From assembly GCA_965140445.1 (NCBI GenBank), contig OZ223236.1:1216001-1280000 (forward strand): 64,000 bases of DNA, read 5' to 3'. The position numbers and the translations under genes are program-made. Under the pieces are notes generated by a model, which was not told the DNA's origin, ran no database searches, and worked only from the letters and a program-made list of their open reading frames with translations. Positions 10,862 to 21,680 of the stretch are shown piece by piece. Every line of letters starts with the position of its first letter. Within the stretch, counting starts at the first letter, position 1. The stretch is from Candidatus Ozemobacteraceae bacterium. Lineage in GTDB: Bacteria; Muiribacteriota; Ozemobacteria; Ozemobacterales; Ozemobacteraceae.

Positions 10862-11188
10862 ATGAAAAAACTGGGTTTACTATCGCTATTTTTAGTACTT
10901 TTGCCAATTTTTTCTTTTATTGGACTTCTTTTTCTTGCGCCCCCTGTTGGAAACCCTCAAGACTCCGAAAGTCTTGTGGTTAAACTTTTGGATTACCAAA
11001 TTACTTATTTCATGCGAGAAAAAATGCCATTTCCTCCACCCCTGCCTGCAATTGGTTTGGCAATTTCACTTTTCCTCTGGAAGCGTCATAATATCGAAAC
11101 AGCGCGCATTGCGGCGCATGTTGGCCTTTTGTTACTTGGGTTCTGGCTTATGATTTCAATTGTGCCACTTATGATTCATATTGGCTAA
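10862..11188 (+). CDS. Hypothetical membrane protein
   Basis: GGAG RBS before MKKLG; three hydrophobic segments. Confidence 0.55.
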   Translation: MKKLGLLSLFLVLLPIFSFIGLLFLAPPVGNPQDSESLVVKLLDYQITYFMREKMPFPPPLPAIGLAISLFLWKRHNIETARIAAHVGLLLLGFWLMISIVPLMIHIG

Positions 11189-11451
11189 AGATCTGTCATC
11201 TTTATGTAAAACAGAGCGCAAATTTGAAAATCAGGAACTGAATAAAAAAGGTGGATTTTCTATCAAATTTTGGAAAGCTTATGTACCGCAAACATTTTCA
11301 AACTTAAAATAGACTGGACATGGAATAAATAATAGCAATAAAGTTCTTTATTGAAATCAGCAAATTATAAAGGCAAAAACAGATTACTGTGCTATGGTCT
11401 TTATTACTTATTACAAGTATTTCAAAATATTATTTAGAAAGCTGGAAAAAA

Positions 11452-12543
11452 ATGAAGAAGTTATTGCTCCTATTACTCTTACTAGTCAGTTTATCTGTTC
11501 AAGCTCAGGACTTTAAGCCTTACAAGATAAAATCAGGGAAAATTGAATATGAAAAGCTGAAATATTCAGTGCACGCTGGTTTTAAGAAAGATAAAGATGG
11601 TGTTGAAACAAGTTTTCGTGAAATGGTTCCTTACGTGGCTGAGTCTGTGATTTTCTATTGGGACGATTTCGGGGATAAGGCATTTGAAGAAACTTACAAA
11701 GTCTCTGAATTCGGCGGGAAGGCTCTCCCCGAAAAAGTTAAGATGTCCGAAACTTTGTGGTCTGGCGATCATCGCTACTATTACAATGTAGAGAAAAATC
11801 AAATAGACGAGTCATTTTATGACTTGAAACTAGAGTGTAGAGAAAACGCTGAATATTACCAAAAAGTAGATTCATGGTTCAAAATGAAACACAGAGATGT
11901 TGAAAAAGCGGGATCTGCAACTATTGCTGGTAAAGAAGCGGACTATTATAAAATAGATAGCTCTGAAGATTACTATCTCTGGAAAGGGCTGATCTTAAAA
12001 AACGAGATGTACGCAACGAATGGAAAAGGCACTCAGAGAAAAGATATTGATAGAGCAAAGGTTGCTGTAAAAATCGATACTGAAACCAAAATTTCAGACA
12101 CAATTTTCGAGCCAACATGGTTAAAAAGAGATCAGCTATTCAAATCAATCGATGGAAACAAAATTTCTGAATACCTCGATGGAAAACCAGGTCTGCTTGA
12201 ACAAGCCGATAACGTTAACGGAATAAAAATAAAGAAAAACGATATTCTGTTCTTTGTTTCCACGGATCTACATCTCAGTAAAATGATGGTTTTGGATATC
12301 AACAAAGAAAACAAGTTAACCATAAAATTTACTCTTTACGACAACACCAACTATGATTTCTGCACAAGAGATTTTTATAATCTGCAAAATGGCAGTTCAG
12401 TTGATTTCGACAATATTGACAACGGAAATGAAGATGCTAAGCAGTTGGATCTCAAATGGGAAAACACAGATAAATCAAATCTGTTTCCAATAAACAATAT
12501 CAGCTTATTTTTATTGAAAGCCAGTCGCGAAGGCGGTTTGTAA
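11452..12543 (+). CDS. Secreted hypothetical protein
   Basis: Signal peptide MKKLLLLLLLLVSLSVQA; long ORF followed by a terminator. Confidence 0.7.
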   Translation: MKKLLLLLLLLVSLSVQAQDFKPYKIKSGKIEYEKLKYSVHAGFKKDKDGVETSFREMVPYVAESVIFYWDDFGDKAFEETYKVSEFGGKALPEKVKMSETLWSGDHRYYYNVEKNQIDESFYDLKLECRENAEYYQKVDSWFKMKHRDVEKAGSATIAGKEADYYKIDSSEDYYLWKGLILKNEMYATNGKGTQRKDIDRAKVAVKIDTETKISDTIFEPTWLKRDQLFKSIDGNKISEYLDGKPGLLEQADNVNGIKIKKNDILFFVSTDLHLSKMMVLDINKENKLTIKFTLYDNTNYDFCTRDFYNLQNGSSVDFDNIDNGNEDAKQLDLKWENTDKSNLFPINNISLFLLKASREGGL

Positions 12544-12573
12544 AAACAAAGTTCATATTTGGATAAGCAAAAT

Positions 12574-12611
12574 AAAACCAGATCTCCAGCTTGCTGGAGG
12601 CCTGGTTTTTT
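12574..12611. terminator. Intrinsic terminator
   Basis: AAAACCAGATCTCCAGC-TT-GCTGGAGGCCTGGTTTTTT hairpin. Confidence 0.75.
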
Positions 12612-12684
12612 ATATGTGATGGGCTACCGAAAATTTAATTTCTGGAGTTGGTCTAACTAGTTTTATACAAAGTGAAATAAGAAT

Positions 12685-13386
12685 TTAACCAAGAGCAGCA
12701 AAAGTTTCTTTTATAGAAAAGCCCAGAATTGCAATAATAATTAGTGCTCGACTAAGGTCGCCTGCCAGTAGAAAAACCAGGTCTGCAGGTTCTTCTGACT
12801 CATAGGCTGGAAGGGAATACATTTCTTCACAGATAAACTGTTCTTTTGAAACCGGGGCGCCATCGGAAAGGGATTGGTATGAATCTGAGCCCTGATAAAC
12901 AGAACCGCTTTGACTGGCAATCTCACCCAGCAGGAGACTTTCTATTCCGAAAGCTCCGTTAATAAGAGTTACTGCCGGTTTATTTCTGTCAATAAAACCC
13001 ATGGATGCCATGGTAAAACTGTGATAGTCAGGGCTAAGAAATTCAACCTTTGCATTTATTGAGTTAGTTGCAATGAATTCCTGTAATATCTCATTTTTAA
13101 ATGGGCAATTGGTAATAATGCTGACTGAAACAGTTTCAAACGCACTTTTATTTTTCAGAAGTAATCTCTGGCAATGATTAATTGCCACGACCTGTTCAGA
13201 AGAAAAAATACTTGTTGAGCCGGGCAGCAAAACAATTGATTGCTCTGGTGTCGCAAAAAGTGATTTTTTAAAATCCTGATATTTCTGAATCTCGTGTTTT
13301 TTCCAATCCCTAAATTTGATAAGGGACCAGGCTAAGCCAAGCAAAACCAAAAAAGTGCCAAGATAGTAGGCTACGTAAATTCTCAA
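12685..13386 (-). CDS. Membrane protein, DUF6754-like
   Basis: GAFGIESLLLGE and FICEEMYSLPAYESEEP resemble DUF6754 (recalled, not searched); TM at both ends. Confidence 0.5.
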   Translation of the reverse strand: MRIYVAYYLGTFLVLLGLAWSLIKFRDWKKHEIQKYQDFKKSLFATPEQSIVLLPGSTSIFSSEQVVAINHCQRLLLKNKSAFETVSVSIITNCPFKNEILQEFIATNSINAKVEFLSPDYHSFTMASMGFIDRNKPAVTLINGAFGIESLLLGEIASQSGSVYQGSDSYQSLSDGAPVSKEQFICEEMYSLPAYESEEPADLVFLLAGDLSRALIIIAILGFSIKETFAALG

Positions 13387-13453
13387 TTGAAATTCCTGAA
13401 GTTATTTTTTAATACAAATGTTGCAAATCTAAACTTACGGTTTTTATCTGAGT

Positions 13454-14584
13454 TTAACAATAGCTTATTTCTGAAAATGTAATTGGGCCGGCAAGACCTC
13501 TTTGGTTAACCGATCTCACCTCTATTTTGTTGCGCCCATCATTTAAAGTCCATTTCATTTTACTGGAGTCGTTGCGTTGCCAGTTTCCATTATCGATTCT
13601 CACAAGATAATGGCTGTGGCAAAAAGCATTGTTCATAAATTTAAGGTTAAATTCAGGTTTGGCAGCAAACAAATGCATTTTGCTAAAATACTGTTCCTCA
13701 GTCTTGATATTTAAAGCCTTGATTCTATCAAAGAAAGTTGAATCTTCGCTCTGGTAGCTAAAAATTATCAGACTACGGTTCATGGTAAAATATAGATCAT
13801 CTGGGTTACCTGTAAATACAGCGTTATTGAACTCAAACCCCTGAAAGGTCATAAACTGTTTTTTGGCTTCCAATAAAAGATTTAATGAAGCTCCAGATGA
13901 AAAGCCATCAATTTTTACCCCAACATAACCAAAATATTCGTGTATAAAGTCGCGGTATTCTTTCGCAAAGGTTTTTAATTTAATTTTTCTTAACTTCTGA
14001 TAGGGAGCCGGAATTCGGAAGTCTATCTCACCAAAAAGCCCACGCTTTTTCAATTTAAACATTTCAAGATAGTTCAATGGCTTCCCGTTATGGAATGGGC
14101 AGATACAAAACTGCGGGTCGACAAAAACCCATTTGCAGAGATCATTCACCCAAACTTCGGAAGCGACATGCCCACTGCCAAATCCACCATATGCAACATT
14201 TATTGATCTAAGGCTTATTGAGCGAGAAATAAAGCCAAACGCTTTTAGGACTTCGCTCAAAACAAGCCCATATTCGACGCAGCGATACCGAGCTCTCTTT
14301 TGATGAACATTTTTCAGGATTTGCAGAGCTGAGGTGCCTTTGGAAGGTTCGTTCAGTCCATCGTGTTCCCACTGTGAGCTAACCCAGTTCATAATCTCTA
14401 GAACCTGAGAAAGCTCATTTTCTGCAATAAAAGTAGTCCTTTTGTTAACGTATTTTTGTAAGCTATCCAATGATTTGGTATCAACTGAATTTGTTTTAAA
14501 ATAATCATCAACACAGGTTTTAAACCAATTATTGTTGGTTTTCTTTATTTCAATCTTTTTTACAAATTTCTGGTTAGCTACCAC
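13454..14584 (-). CDS. Transglutaminase-like domain protein
   Basis: Cys-His-Asp triad context: YRCVEYG, GHVASEVW, WVFVDP. Confidence 0.8.
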   Translation of the reverse strand: MVANQKFVKKIEIKKTNNNWFKTCVDDYFKTNSVDTKSLDSLQKYVNKRTTFIAENELSQVLEIMNWVSSQWEHDGLNEPSKGTSALQILKNVHQKRARYRCVEYGLVLSEVLKAFGFISRSISLRSINVAYGGFGSGHVASEVWVNDLCKWVFVDPQFCICPFHNGKPLNYLEMFKLKKRGLFGEIDFRIPAPYQKLRKIKLKTFAKEYRDFIHEYFGYVGVKIDGFSSGASLNLLLEAKKQFMTFQGFEFNNAVFTGNPDDLYFTMNRSLIIFSYQSEDSTFFDRIKALNIKTEEQYFSKMHLFAAKPEFNLKFMNNAFCHSHYLVRIDNGNWQRNDSSKMKWTLNDGRNKIEVRSVNQRGLAGPITFSEISYC

Positions 14585-14699
14585 TTTTTTTCCTCTCTTA
14601 CCATTCTCTGGACAGGGAGCAGGTTAAATTGTCTGTATCTGAAGTGCTATAAGAAACTCAAAACTTCATTTTTCCAAAATCACTGATTTGATGTCGCAG

Positions 14700-16094
14700 C
14701 TAAAACAGCTTCACCTTTTCGTCGGCAGGGGTGGGGGCTTTGCCTTTTTTGCCGGCCGATCTGCTTGCTTTTTTGCTGCGCTGTGCTGCTATGGACTCAA
14801 GGGTTCCTACTACCCAGCCGGTAGTGTTTCCGATGGCGCCGCCCAGGGTTCCTATTGCACCGCCGGCATAATGGCCAACGATAGAGTAGGGGTCTGGAGT
14901 GACGTCAAAGAGGCCTTTAAAAGAATCTTTGGCATACTCTTTTACTTGATTTACGATGTTTTTTGCGGTTTTTTCTGCAGCCATTTTGCCGAAAGCTTTG
15001 CCGATTCCTGTGGCTGTGCCAATGAAACTCCCGGCTTTTTCACCATATTGGGTGCCTTTATCAAAACTACCCTGAAGTTGGTCTGCCATGTCGCCCCACA
15101 TGTGGGTCCATGATTCCTGCCAGTAATTTGTGGAAAGTTTGCCATCGTCTTTTGAGTTTGACCAAAAAGCTTGTTTGGCATTTGAAGATTTTTTGCCTTT
15201 GGTGCTGGTGACAGTAAATGTGCCTGAATGCCAGAAAAGTTTGCTGTGATCTATGCTTTTCATCAGACTTGATTTAGCTTTTGGCATCTTTTCAATTGCA
15301 ACTGCGAAATCCCAGTCTATAGCTTTGGCAGCTGTTTTTGCTTCATTTTGCAGTTGAGGGACCATTTTTTTTAGATTCTTAACTGAATCTTCTCTGTCGA
15401 ACTCAGAAAAACCTGTTATCAAAGCTGCTATTCCTGAAAAATATAGCCTGACCTTTTTGTTTGCAGGGCGGGATAAAAGTTCATAAAATTTTATTCTGGC
15501 TGCGGTTTCGCCTCTTTTACAAAGCTTATTGAACATTGCAGTACATAGTTCTCTGAGCTTTGCGGAATCGCCGTTAAGAGCGTCTGGTTTTGCAGTTGTT
15601 GAATTAGTTGTGGCGATAAGACCTTCGATTGCCGCATGGTCAGGAAAAACTTTAGCCACAAGTTTTTTGTCGTTGCGTTTTGGCCTTGAAACCGCGACTG
15701 GTTTGGCTTGAGAAGGCTGCTTTCTTCCTCGCTTTTTGCCAGAAACAAGTTTTTCTAATGCCAGAGTATTAAAATTGTTTGGCTTTGGCATAAATTCATC
15801 GAGATTGCCCGCCTGCATTTCGCTTGCCTGCAACTCTATCTTGTCGTTGTCTGCGGTAGTTAATTCTGTTTGAACAACACTGACTTCAGAAACACTTATG
15901 CTGTCATTGGGTTTTCCGTCTTTGACCAATACGTCACTTATGACGCGACTGGCTTTAATTGAAGATTTGTAAACCCTGTTACCTATTTTGACAATTTCAT
16001 TAAAATCTCTTTCAAGTTGCTGCGTATCATAAGAATAGGCAGAAATAGAACAAGTAAGGAATAGAATCAACAAAAGTTTAATTTTATTTTTCAA
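14700..16094 (-). CDS. Secreted hypothetical protein with Gly-rich (glycine-zipper-like) C-terminal region
   Basis: TTG start with GGAGG RBS, signal peptide, GxxxG repeats near the C-terminus; 5' part duplicated at 19787-20265. Confidence 0.7.
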   Translation of the reverse strand: MKNKIKLLLILFLTCSISAYSYDTQQLERDFNEIVKIGNRVYKSSIKASRVISDVLVKDGKPNDSISVSEVSVVQTELTTADNDKIELQASEMQAGNLDEFMPKPNNFNTLALEKLVSGKKRGRKQPSQAKPVAVSRPKRNDKKLVAKVFPDHAAIEGLIATTNSTTAKPDALNGDSAKLRELCTAMFNKLCKRGETAARIKFYELLSRPANKKVRLYFSGIAALITGFSEFDREDSVKNLKKMVPQLQNEAKTAAKAIDWDFAVAIEKMPKAKSSLMKSIDHSKLFWHSGTFTVTSTKGKKSSNAKQAFWSNSKDDGKLSTNYWQESWTHMWGDMADQLQGSFDKGTQYGEKAGSFIGTATGIGKAFGKMAAEKTAKNIVNQVKEYAKDSFKGLFDVTPDPYSIVGHYAGGAIGTLGGAIGNTTGWVVGTLESIAAQRSKKASRSAGKKGKAPTPADEKVKLF

Positions 16095-16223
16095 GTTAAT
16101 CCTCCGGGTAAAAAGCTTTAAATTTGAGTCAGATTATCATTTTTTTTGAGCAGATTCAAACTCTTGAAAAACATTATTGTTGCATGCTTTTGCAGATTAA
16201 ATAGAACCAAAAATACCCGTGTA

Positions 16224-16246
16224 AGATTAAATCCTAAGTTTAATCT
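16224..16246. promoter_or_regulatory. Palindrome upstream of the feo operon, possible metal-repressor operator
   Basis: AGATTAAA-N7-TTTAATCT upstream of the DtxR-family gene. Confidence 0.3.
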
Positions 16247-16387
16247 ACTTTATTCAAGCAAGAGAGTGATAGTTCATAAATGGCTTTAAATCGTGATTTG
16301 ACATGTCTCTGATTGTCGCTATATGCGTTTTTACTAACAACGTTTCATTTTGTTTTTTTCACAATTTTTTGTGTTACCATTCAGCAC

Positions 16388-17305
16388 ATGAACGAAGAAA
16401 TAATTATTCAGGACCTATTAAAACATCTTTCTGAGTGCGAGTATGAAGGTCGACCTGCCAACCGGGAAATTCTTGCAAAAGAGCTGTCTTTGACAATGGA
16501 GCAGTTCGAAAGCATTGCCAAAGATCTGGAAAAGGCAAATCTGGTGGAATCAGGTAATCTGAAACTAACACCGAACGGAAGAGAGTATGCTCTTCATATA
16601 GTTCGGGCTCATCGCTTATATGAAACCTTTCTGGCGATGAAAACGGGAATCAAATCTAATCAATGGCATACTCTTGCGCATGCCAAAGAGCACACTCTTT
16701 CCGCTGACGACGTAAATAAGCTGTCTCGGGATTTGAATTATCCGCGTTATGATCCACACGGCGACCCAATTCCCACAGCTACAGGGTTTATGCCAGCTAA
16801 ACGCGGCCAATCTCTGACAGAATATTCTACAGGCTGGGAGGGAAAGGTTGTTCACATCGAAGATGAACCGCCGAGACTTTATGCCCATATCGTTGCTGCT
16901 AGTATTGCTCCAGGAACTATTTTACGGATAATAAAAAAAGATACCGAAGAGCTCCAGATATCTGTCGAAGGCTGTGAATTCACTTTTTCGAACGAAGTTG
17001 CCGGGCAGATTACTGTTGTGCCGCTGACTGCAAATGAAAAATTCGATGAATCAATTCAGCGATTATCGAGCCTGGAGGAAGAAGAAGAGGCTTCGGTGGT
17101 GAGGCTGTCCCCGCTTTGTATTGGTTTGGAGCGGAATCGCTTACTAGACCTTGGTTTGGTTCCGGGTACTGTTTTAAGTGTTGATTTGGTAAGTCCTTCA
17201 GGCAGTCCAATTGCATATCGTATTAGAGGAGCCTCAATAGCGTTGCGAAGGAGCCAATCTGAGCTGGTATTGATTAGAAAAACGAAGGAAAATAAAAATG
17301 AGTGA
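16388..17305 (+). CDS. DtxR/MntR-family metal-dependent repressor with FeoA domains
   Basis: LTPNGREYA..VRAHRLYETFL, EH, YDPHGDPIP; C-terminal FeoA RLLDLGLVPGT..SPSGSPIAYRIRGASIALR. Confidence 0.9.
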   Translation: MNEEIIIQDLLKHLSECEYEGRPANREILAKELSLTMEQFESIAKDLEKANLVESGNLKLTPNGREYALHIVRAHRLYETFLAMKTGIKSNQWHTLAHAKEHTLSADDVNKLSRDLNYPRYDPHGDPIPTATGFMPAKRGQSLTEYSTGWEGKVVHIEDEPPRLYAHIVAASIAPGTILRIIKKDTEELQISVEGCEFTFSNEVAGQITVVPLTANEKFDESIQRLSSLEEEEEASVVRLSPLCIGLERNRLLDLGLVPGTVLSVDLVSPSGSPIAYRIRGASIALRRSQSELVLIRKTKENKNE

Positions 17306-18089
17306 CAACAAATCATCCGCTTGTGACAAATGTCCAGTTGCAGCGGTTGCTAAACTGGAAAAGCTTGGTATGAGGCTTGGAAAAGATGATTTTGTCATCG
17401 CTCTGGCCGGGAATCCCAATACTGGTAAAAGCACAGTTTTTAATGCGTTAACCGGTTTGAAACAGCACACCGGTAACTGGCCTGGTAAAACCATCGCACG
17501 CGCAGAAGGAGCTTTTTCCCTGGGCGGCAAAAGATACAAAATAGTTGACCTCCCCGGAACCTATTCGTTGCTTTCAGCTACTGATGACGAAGAGGTTGCG
17601 AGGGATTTCATTTTGTTCGGAAAACCTGACGTTACCATTATTGTCATGGATGCAACCAGAATTGAGAGGAATTTGAATCTGGTATTGCAAGTGCTTCAGA
17701 TAACTAATCGCGCGATTGTTTGCGTGAATTTGATTGACGAAGCAAAAGCCCACGGAGTAACCGTAGACGAGCGTGGATTGGCTCGTGATCTGGGAGTGCC
17801 AGTCGTTTTAACGGCCGCTCGTAGTGAAATTGGTATAGACAGACTCTTGAAGGAGATTGATGATATGGCAAATGGCAGATCATCATGCAAGCCTCATCCT
17901 CTTAAATATGAGACTCCCGGGCTTAACGAAGCAATGAAAGAGTTGTCTGCAGCAATTGAAGCTGAGTATCCAAATGTTCCACATCGAGAGTGGATAGCCA
18001 TGCGGCTTCTTGAAGGTGATCCACGGATTATCGAAGCGGTAGCATCTGGCGAAATTGGCAATCTGGAGCCTGATCATGCAGCAACATAA
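17298..18089 (+). CDS. feoB: Ferrous iron transporter FeoB, N-terminal GTPase part
   Basis: GNPNTGKS, GNWPGKT, DLPGTYSL, NLIDEA. Confidence 0.92.
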   Translation: MSDNKSSACDKCPVAAVAKLEKLGMRLGKDDFVIALAGNPNTGKSTVFNALTGLKQHTGNWPGKTIARAEGAFSLGGKRYKIVDLPGTYSLLSATDDEEVARDFILFGKPDVTIIVMDATRIERNLNLVLQVLQITNRAIVCVNLIDEAKAHGVTVDERGLARDLGVPVVLTAARSEIGIDRLLKEIDDMANGRSSCKPHPLKYETPGLNEAMKELSAAIEAEYPNVPHREWIAMRLLEGDPRIIEAVASGEIGNLEPDHAAT

Positions 18090-18117
18090 CAATAGGAATT
18101 CAGGAAATAAAAAAACA

Positions 18118-19536
18118 ATGAGTGGCGAAAAGATTGTCAAATTAGCAGAAAAACTTAGATGGGGGCTTCCTCATGGAGTTCGTGATCGATGGGTGGAAGA
18201 AGTTTATGCAGAATCAGCGCGCTTAGCTTCTCGAAACGTTGACCAGGAAGGGGCCTCGCATCGACTTTCATGGGAGCGTCGTCTGGATTGGTTTCTAACC
18301 AATCGTTGGACAGGGTTCCTGACCATGATTTTGATACTGGCAATAGTGCTTTGGCTCACCATTGAAGGTGCCAATGTTCCTTCTGCATGGCTTTCATCGT
18401 TGCTTCTTGAAAAAGGTCAGCCTTTTCTCAAACATTTAGCCGAGCTAATTCACATGCCCAACTGGATGTCCGGAGTTTTGATAGATGGCATGTATCTTAC
18501 AACCGCATGGGTAGTTAGTGTAATGTTACCTCCGATGGCTATTTTCTTTCCTCTTTTTACTTTGCTGGAGGATTTTGGCTATCTTCCAAGAGTTGCTTTT
18601 AACCTGGACAATCTTTTTCGACGGGCAGGTGCTCATGGAAAACAGGCTCTGACTATGTGTATGGGGTGGGGGTGTAATGCGGCTGGAGTTGTTGCGACTC
18701 GTGTAATTGATTCTCCACGCGAACGCCTTATTGCTATTATCACAAATAACTTTGCTCTTTGTAATGGCCGCTGGCCCACGCAGATTCTCATTGCAACAGT
18801 CTTTCTTGGTAATCTCGCCTCACCAGGTGCGGCAAGTTTTATCGCTGCTTCATCCGTGCTTGGCGTTGCTCTTCTTGGTGTTTTTCTTACCTTTCTTTCC
18901 TCCTGGATGCTTTCCAGAACAGTGTTAAAAGGTGAAGCTTCTACGTTCAGCCTTGAACTCCCTCCATATCGGCCACCACAGATTTTGAGGACTCTTTATA
19001 CATCACTGATTGATCGCACGCTGATTGTGCTTTGGCGGGCAATAGTATTTGCTGCTCCAGCTGGAATCTTACTCTGGGTTATCTCAAATGTGGGAATTGG
19101 CGGGACTTCAATCGCTGAATGGGCGATTCATACCCTTGACCCAATAGGTTGGTATCTTGGATTAAACGGGATAATTCTGGTGGCTTATATTGTTGCAATT
19201 CCTGCAAATGAAATTGTTATTCCAACTATTCTGATGCTAACAGTTATGGTTACAGGTGTATCAGGAGTTGGAGAACAGGGTGCGGGAGTGATGTTCGAAG
19301 TCAGTAATAACTCTACATTAGCAATGTTGCTTAAGAGTGGTGGCTGGACAACGTTAACTGCAGTTTCTCTCATGCTTTTTAGCTTGTGTCATAACCCGTG
19401 CTCGACAACAATCTATACAATATGGAATGAGACAAAAAGCTTAAAATGGACTTTATGGGCTACTTTTCTTCCTATTGGCTTTGGCGTGGTAATCTGTGGA
19501 TCTGTTGCATTGATCTGGAGAATGCTTGCTGGCTAG
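18118..19536 (+). CDS. feoB: Ferrous iron transporter FeoB, membrane (Gate) part
   Basis: LEDFGYLPRVAF, MGWGCNA, CNGRWP, LELPPYRPP, LCHNPCSTT. Confidence 0.92.
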   Translation: MSGEKIVKLAEKLRWGLPHGVRDRWVEEVYAESARLASRNVDQEGASHRLSWERRLDWFLTNRWTGFLTMILILAIVLWLTIEGANVPSAWLSSLLLEKGQPFLKHLAELIHMPNWMSGVLIDGMYLTTAWVVSVMLPPMAIFFPLFTLLEDFGYLPRVAFNLDNLFRRAGAHGKQALTMCMGWGCNAAGVVATRVIDSPRERLIAIITNNFALCNGRWPTQILIATVFLGNLASPGAASFIAASSVLGVALLGVFLTFLSSWMLSRTVLKGEASTFSLELPPYRPPQILRTLYTSLIDRTLIVLWRAIVFAAPAGILLWVISNVGIGGTSIAEWAIHTLDPIGWYLGLNGIILVAYIVAIPANEIVIPTILMLTVMVTGVSGVGEQGAGVMFEVSNNSTLAMLLKSGGWTTLTAVSLMLFSLCHNPCSTTIYTIWNETKSLKWTLWATFLPIGFGVVICGSVALIWRMLAG

Positions 19537-19613
19537 AAGCGACTTTTGTAAAACTTCCAGTCTATGTCGCAGACAAATGAAATTGTAATGTTTTATAGCG
19601 TTTAGCGCTTTTT

Positions 19614-19647
19614 AAAACGAGCTGCCCCGGTGGGACAGCTCGTTTTT
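19614..19647. terminator. Intrinsic terminator, duplicate of the glnA terminator
   Basis: AAAACGAGCTGCCCCGGTGGGACAGCTCGTTTTT, identical to 27506-27539. Confidence 0.85.
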
Positions 19648-20265
19648 AGAATTTCTGGAGTTAAAAAATAAGGGATCAGAGTGAAGTTAATAGTGCCTGA
19701 TACTTGGCCATTGGCCATACGTCGTGGGCTGTCATTTCTTCTGCTCTGTCCACGAGTGTCTGAGTTCGGCCAGGGCTTCTTCGCCTTTTTTGCCAGAAAC
19801 AAGTTTTTCTAATGCCAGAGTATTAAAATTGTTTGGCTTTGGCATAAATCCATCGAGATTGCCCGCCTGCATTTCGCTTGCCTGCAACTATATCTTGTCG
19901 TTGTCTGCGGTAGTTAATTCTGTTTGAACAACACTGACTTCAGAAACACTGATGCTGTCATTGGGCTGTCCGTCTTTGACCAACACGTCGCTTATGACAC
20001 GACTGGCTTTAATTGAAGATTTGTAAACCCTGTTACCTATTTTGACAATTTCTTTAAAATCTCTTTCCAATTGCTGCGTATCATAAGAATAGGCAGAAAT
20101 AGAACAAGTAAGGAATAGAATCAACAAAAGTTTAATTTTATTTTTCAAGTTAATCCTCCGGGTAAAAAGCTTTAAATTTCAGTCGGATTATCATTTTTTG
20201 GGGGCAGATTCAAACACTTGAAAATCTTTGTTATTGCAATCTTTGGTCTGTTAAATGGAGCTAAG
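19614..20265 (-). pseudogene. Chimeric pseudogene: 5' part of the 14700-16094 gene fused to the 3' end of glnA plus terminator
   Basis: 19787-20265 matches 15733-16215 and 19614-19795 matches 27506-27687; nonsense codon at 19888-19890 and a 1-nt deletion near 19754. Confidence 0.9.
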
Positions 20266-20282
20266 AATCTTTCACAACATGG

Positions 20283-21335
20283 CTATTTTTTGAAAATATC
20301 AACCAGTCGACTAAAATATTCTTTTAACTTGTGAAGCAAAGGTCGGGATTCATAAGCTGTGGCGCGGTCATCCTGATATGCCCAGGCTCCCTTCTCATCA
20401 TGCTGCCTGGTAACAGACCAGGGATCATGCTCGCGATACCATTCTTCCTCTTCTTGTGCGTTAGCAAAACGCACAATCTTTACATTTTCTGAAAACTTTT
20501 TACGGTCATTTGCCTCTTTATCAATACGTTTTTGCTCTATCATTTTTTCGTATTCTTCATATGGCATAATTCTAGAATTGCATCCAGCACTTTTTTTTTC
20601 GCTGCAAGAATGACAAATATTGGCATATTCCCCTTGTGCATTTTTAACGAAAGAGCCTTTTTCCTTGATTAGAGAACAACAGCTCTGACAGCAATTCTTT
20701 TTACAAACATGGCAGGTTTTTATTCTAGCTTCACCATCGAAAGCAAGAAACTCGCCTTTGAATCCTCTATAATCAGTGAAAGACCTTTCCTGATATGGAA
20801 AGACTTTGTTTTTGCAAACCGAGCATTCAGGTGAATTTGCCAGAAAATGGTTGAAGCAGACGCTACAAAAATGAGCAACCGCATTTCCTTGAATCAAAAC
20901 TAATGAATCATGTATGCAAAGAAGATTGCAGCATCCAAAACAAGTTGTCAGATCATCGTGGGAATGCAAGGTTCCGCCAGATAAACAGTTTCGACAGATC
21001 ATACTTCTAATTTTTGGTGGATTGTCAAAATCAAAACGCTCTGGTAGAACACTGCCTCGTCTGGTGAGGCAATCGGGACAAATTTTCAATCTTCGCCGAA
21101 AAGCCGTTACCGACAAGCCATTTCTGATGTCTTCTGATTCATCTTCGCTCCGAGCAAGAACACAATTATCAAATTCAGTATTTGCATGGGCCAACTCGGC
21201 ACATTCCCCGCAAACCCCTTTGCGACAAAAGACACAATTGCAGCTGTCGATTTCCAGCACGCATTTGTCTTCTCCGATGGCTATTATTGATGGCGAAGCC
21301 AGTTCAAAATAACCTTTGCAAAAAGAGCAGTTCAT
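20283..21335 (-). CDS. Cysteine-rich multi zinc-finger-like hypothetical protein
   Basis: 350 aa with more than ten CxxC pairs in the first 250 aa. Confidence 0.7.
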   Translation of the reverse strand: MNCSFCKGYFELASPSIIAIGEDKCVLEIDSCNCVFCRKGVCGECAELAHANTEFDNCVLARSEDESEDIRNGLSVTAFRRRLKICPDCLTRRGSVLPERFDFDNPPKIRSMICRNCLSGGTLHSHDDLTTCFGCCNLLCIHDSLVLIQGNAVAHFCSVCFNHFLANSPECSVCKNKVFPYQERSFTDYRGFKGEFLAFDGEARIKTCHVCKKNCCQSCCSLIKEKGSFVKNAQGEYANICHSCSEKKSAGCNSRIMPYEEYEKMIEQKRIDKEANDRKKFSENVKIVRFANAQEEEEWYREHDPWSVTRQHDEKGAWAYQDDRATAYESRPLLHKLKEYFSRLVDIFKK

Positions 21336-21680
21336 AAAAATTCCCCTTGAAAATTTTTATCAAGCGAACAGAAAAATTCAATCAAAAATCGCCTGCTGAC
21401 AAGTCGTAAGCTATTTTTTTAAGATGTTTTTCTCAGTATATACATATCTTACAATCTCTAGTCGTATCTAAACAAGAAAAATCAGCAACAATTTGATTCA
21501 ATGCCAAAGCTTTGTTTGGAATTTTATAGACATAGCTCTGTGAAGCCAATGGTTTTTACCGACCACGAAATTTCTTCGCTTTCAAGCGTGTTGAGAACTT
21601 AAGAGAAATTTAACTGCCGAAGCTGGATTTTTTTGTATAATTTATTAATGCTCAATCTATCCTGAGAAAAGGGAAAGCCA

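Noticed and set aside
19614..20265. Duplication as a simple collapsed or duplicated assembly repeat
   Set aside because: The copies differ by many substitutions, a nonsense codon and an indel, and join at a microhomology, which points to an old biological event (long reads are still needed)
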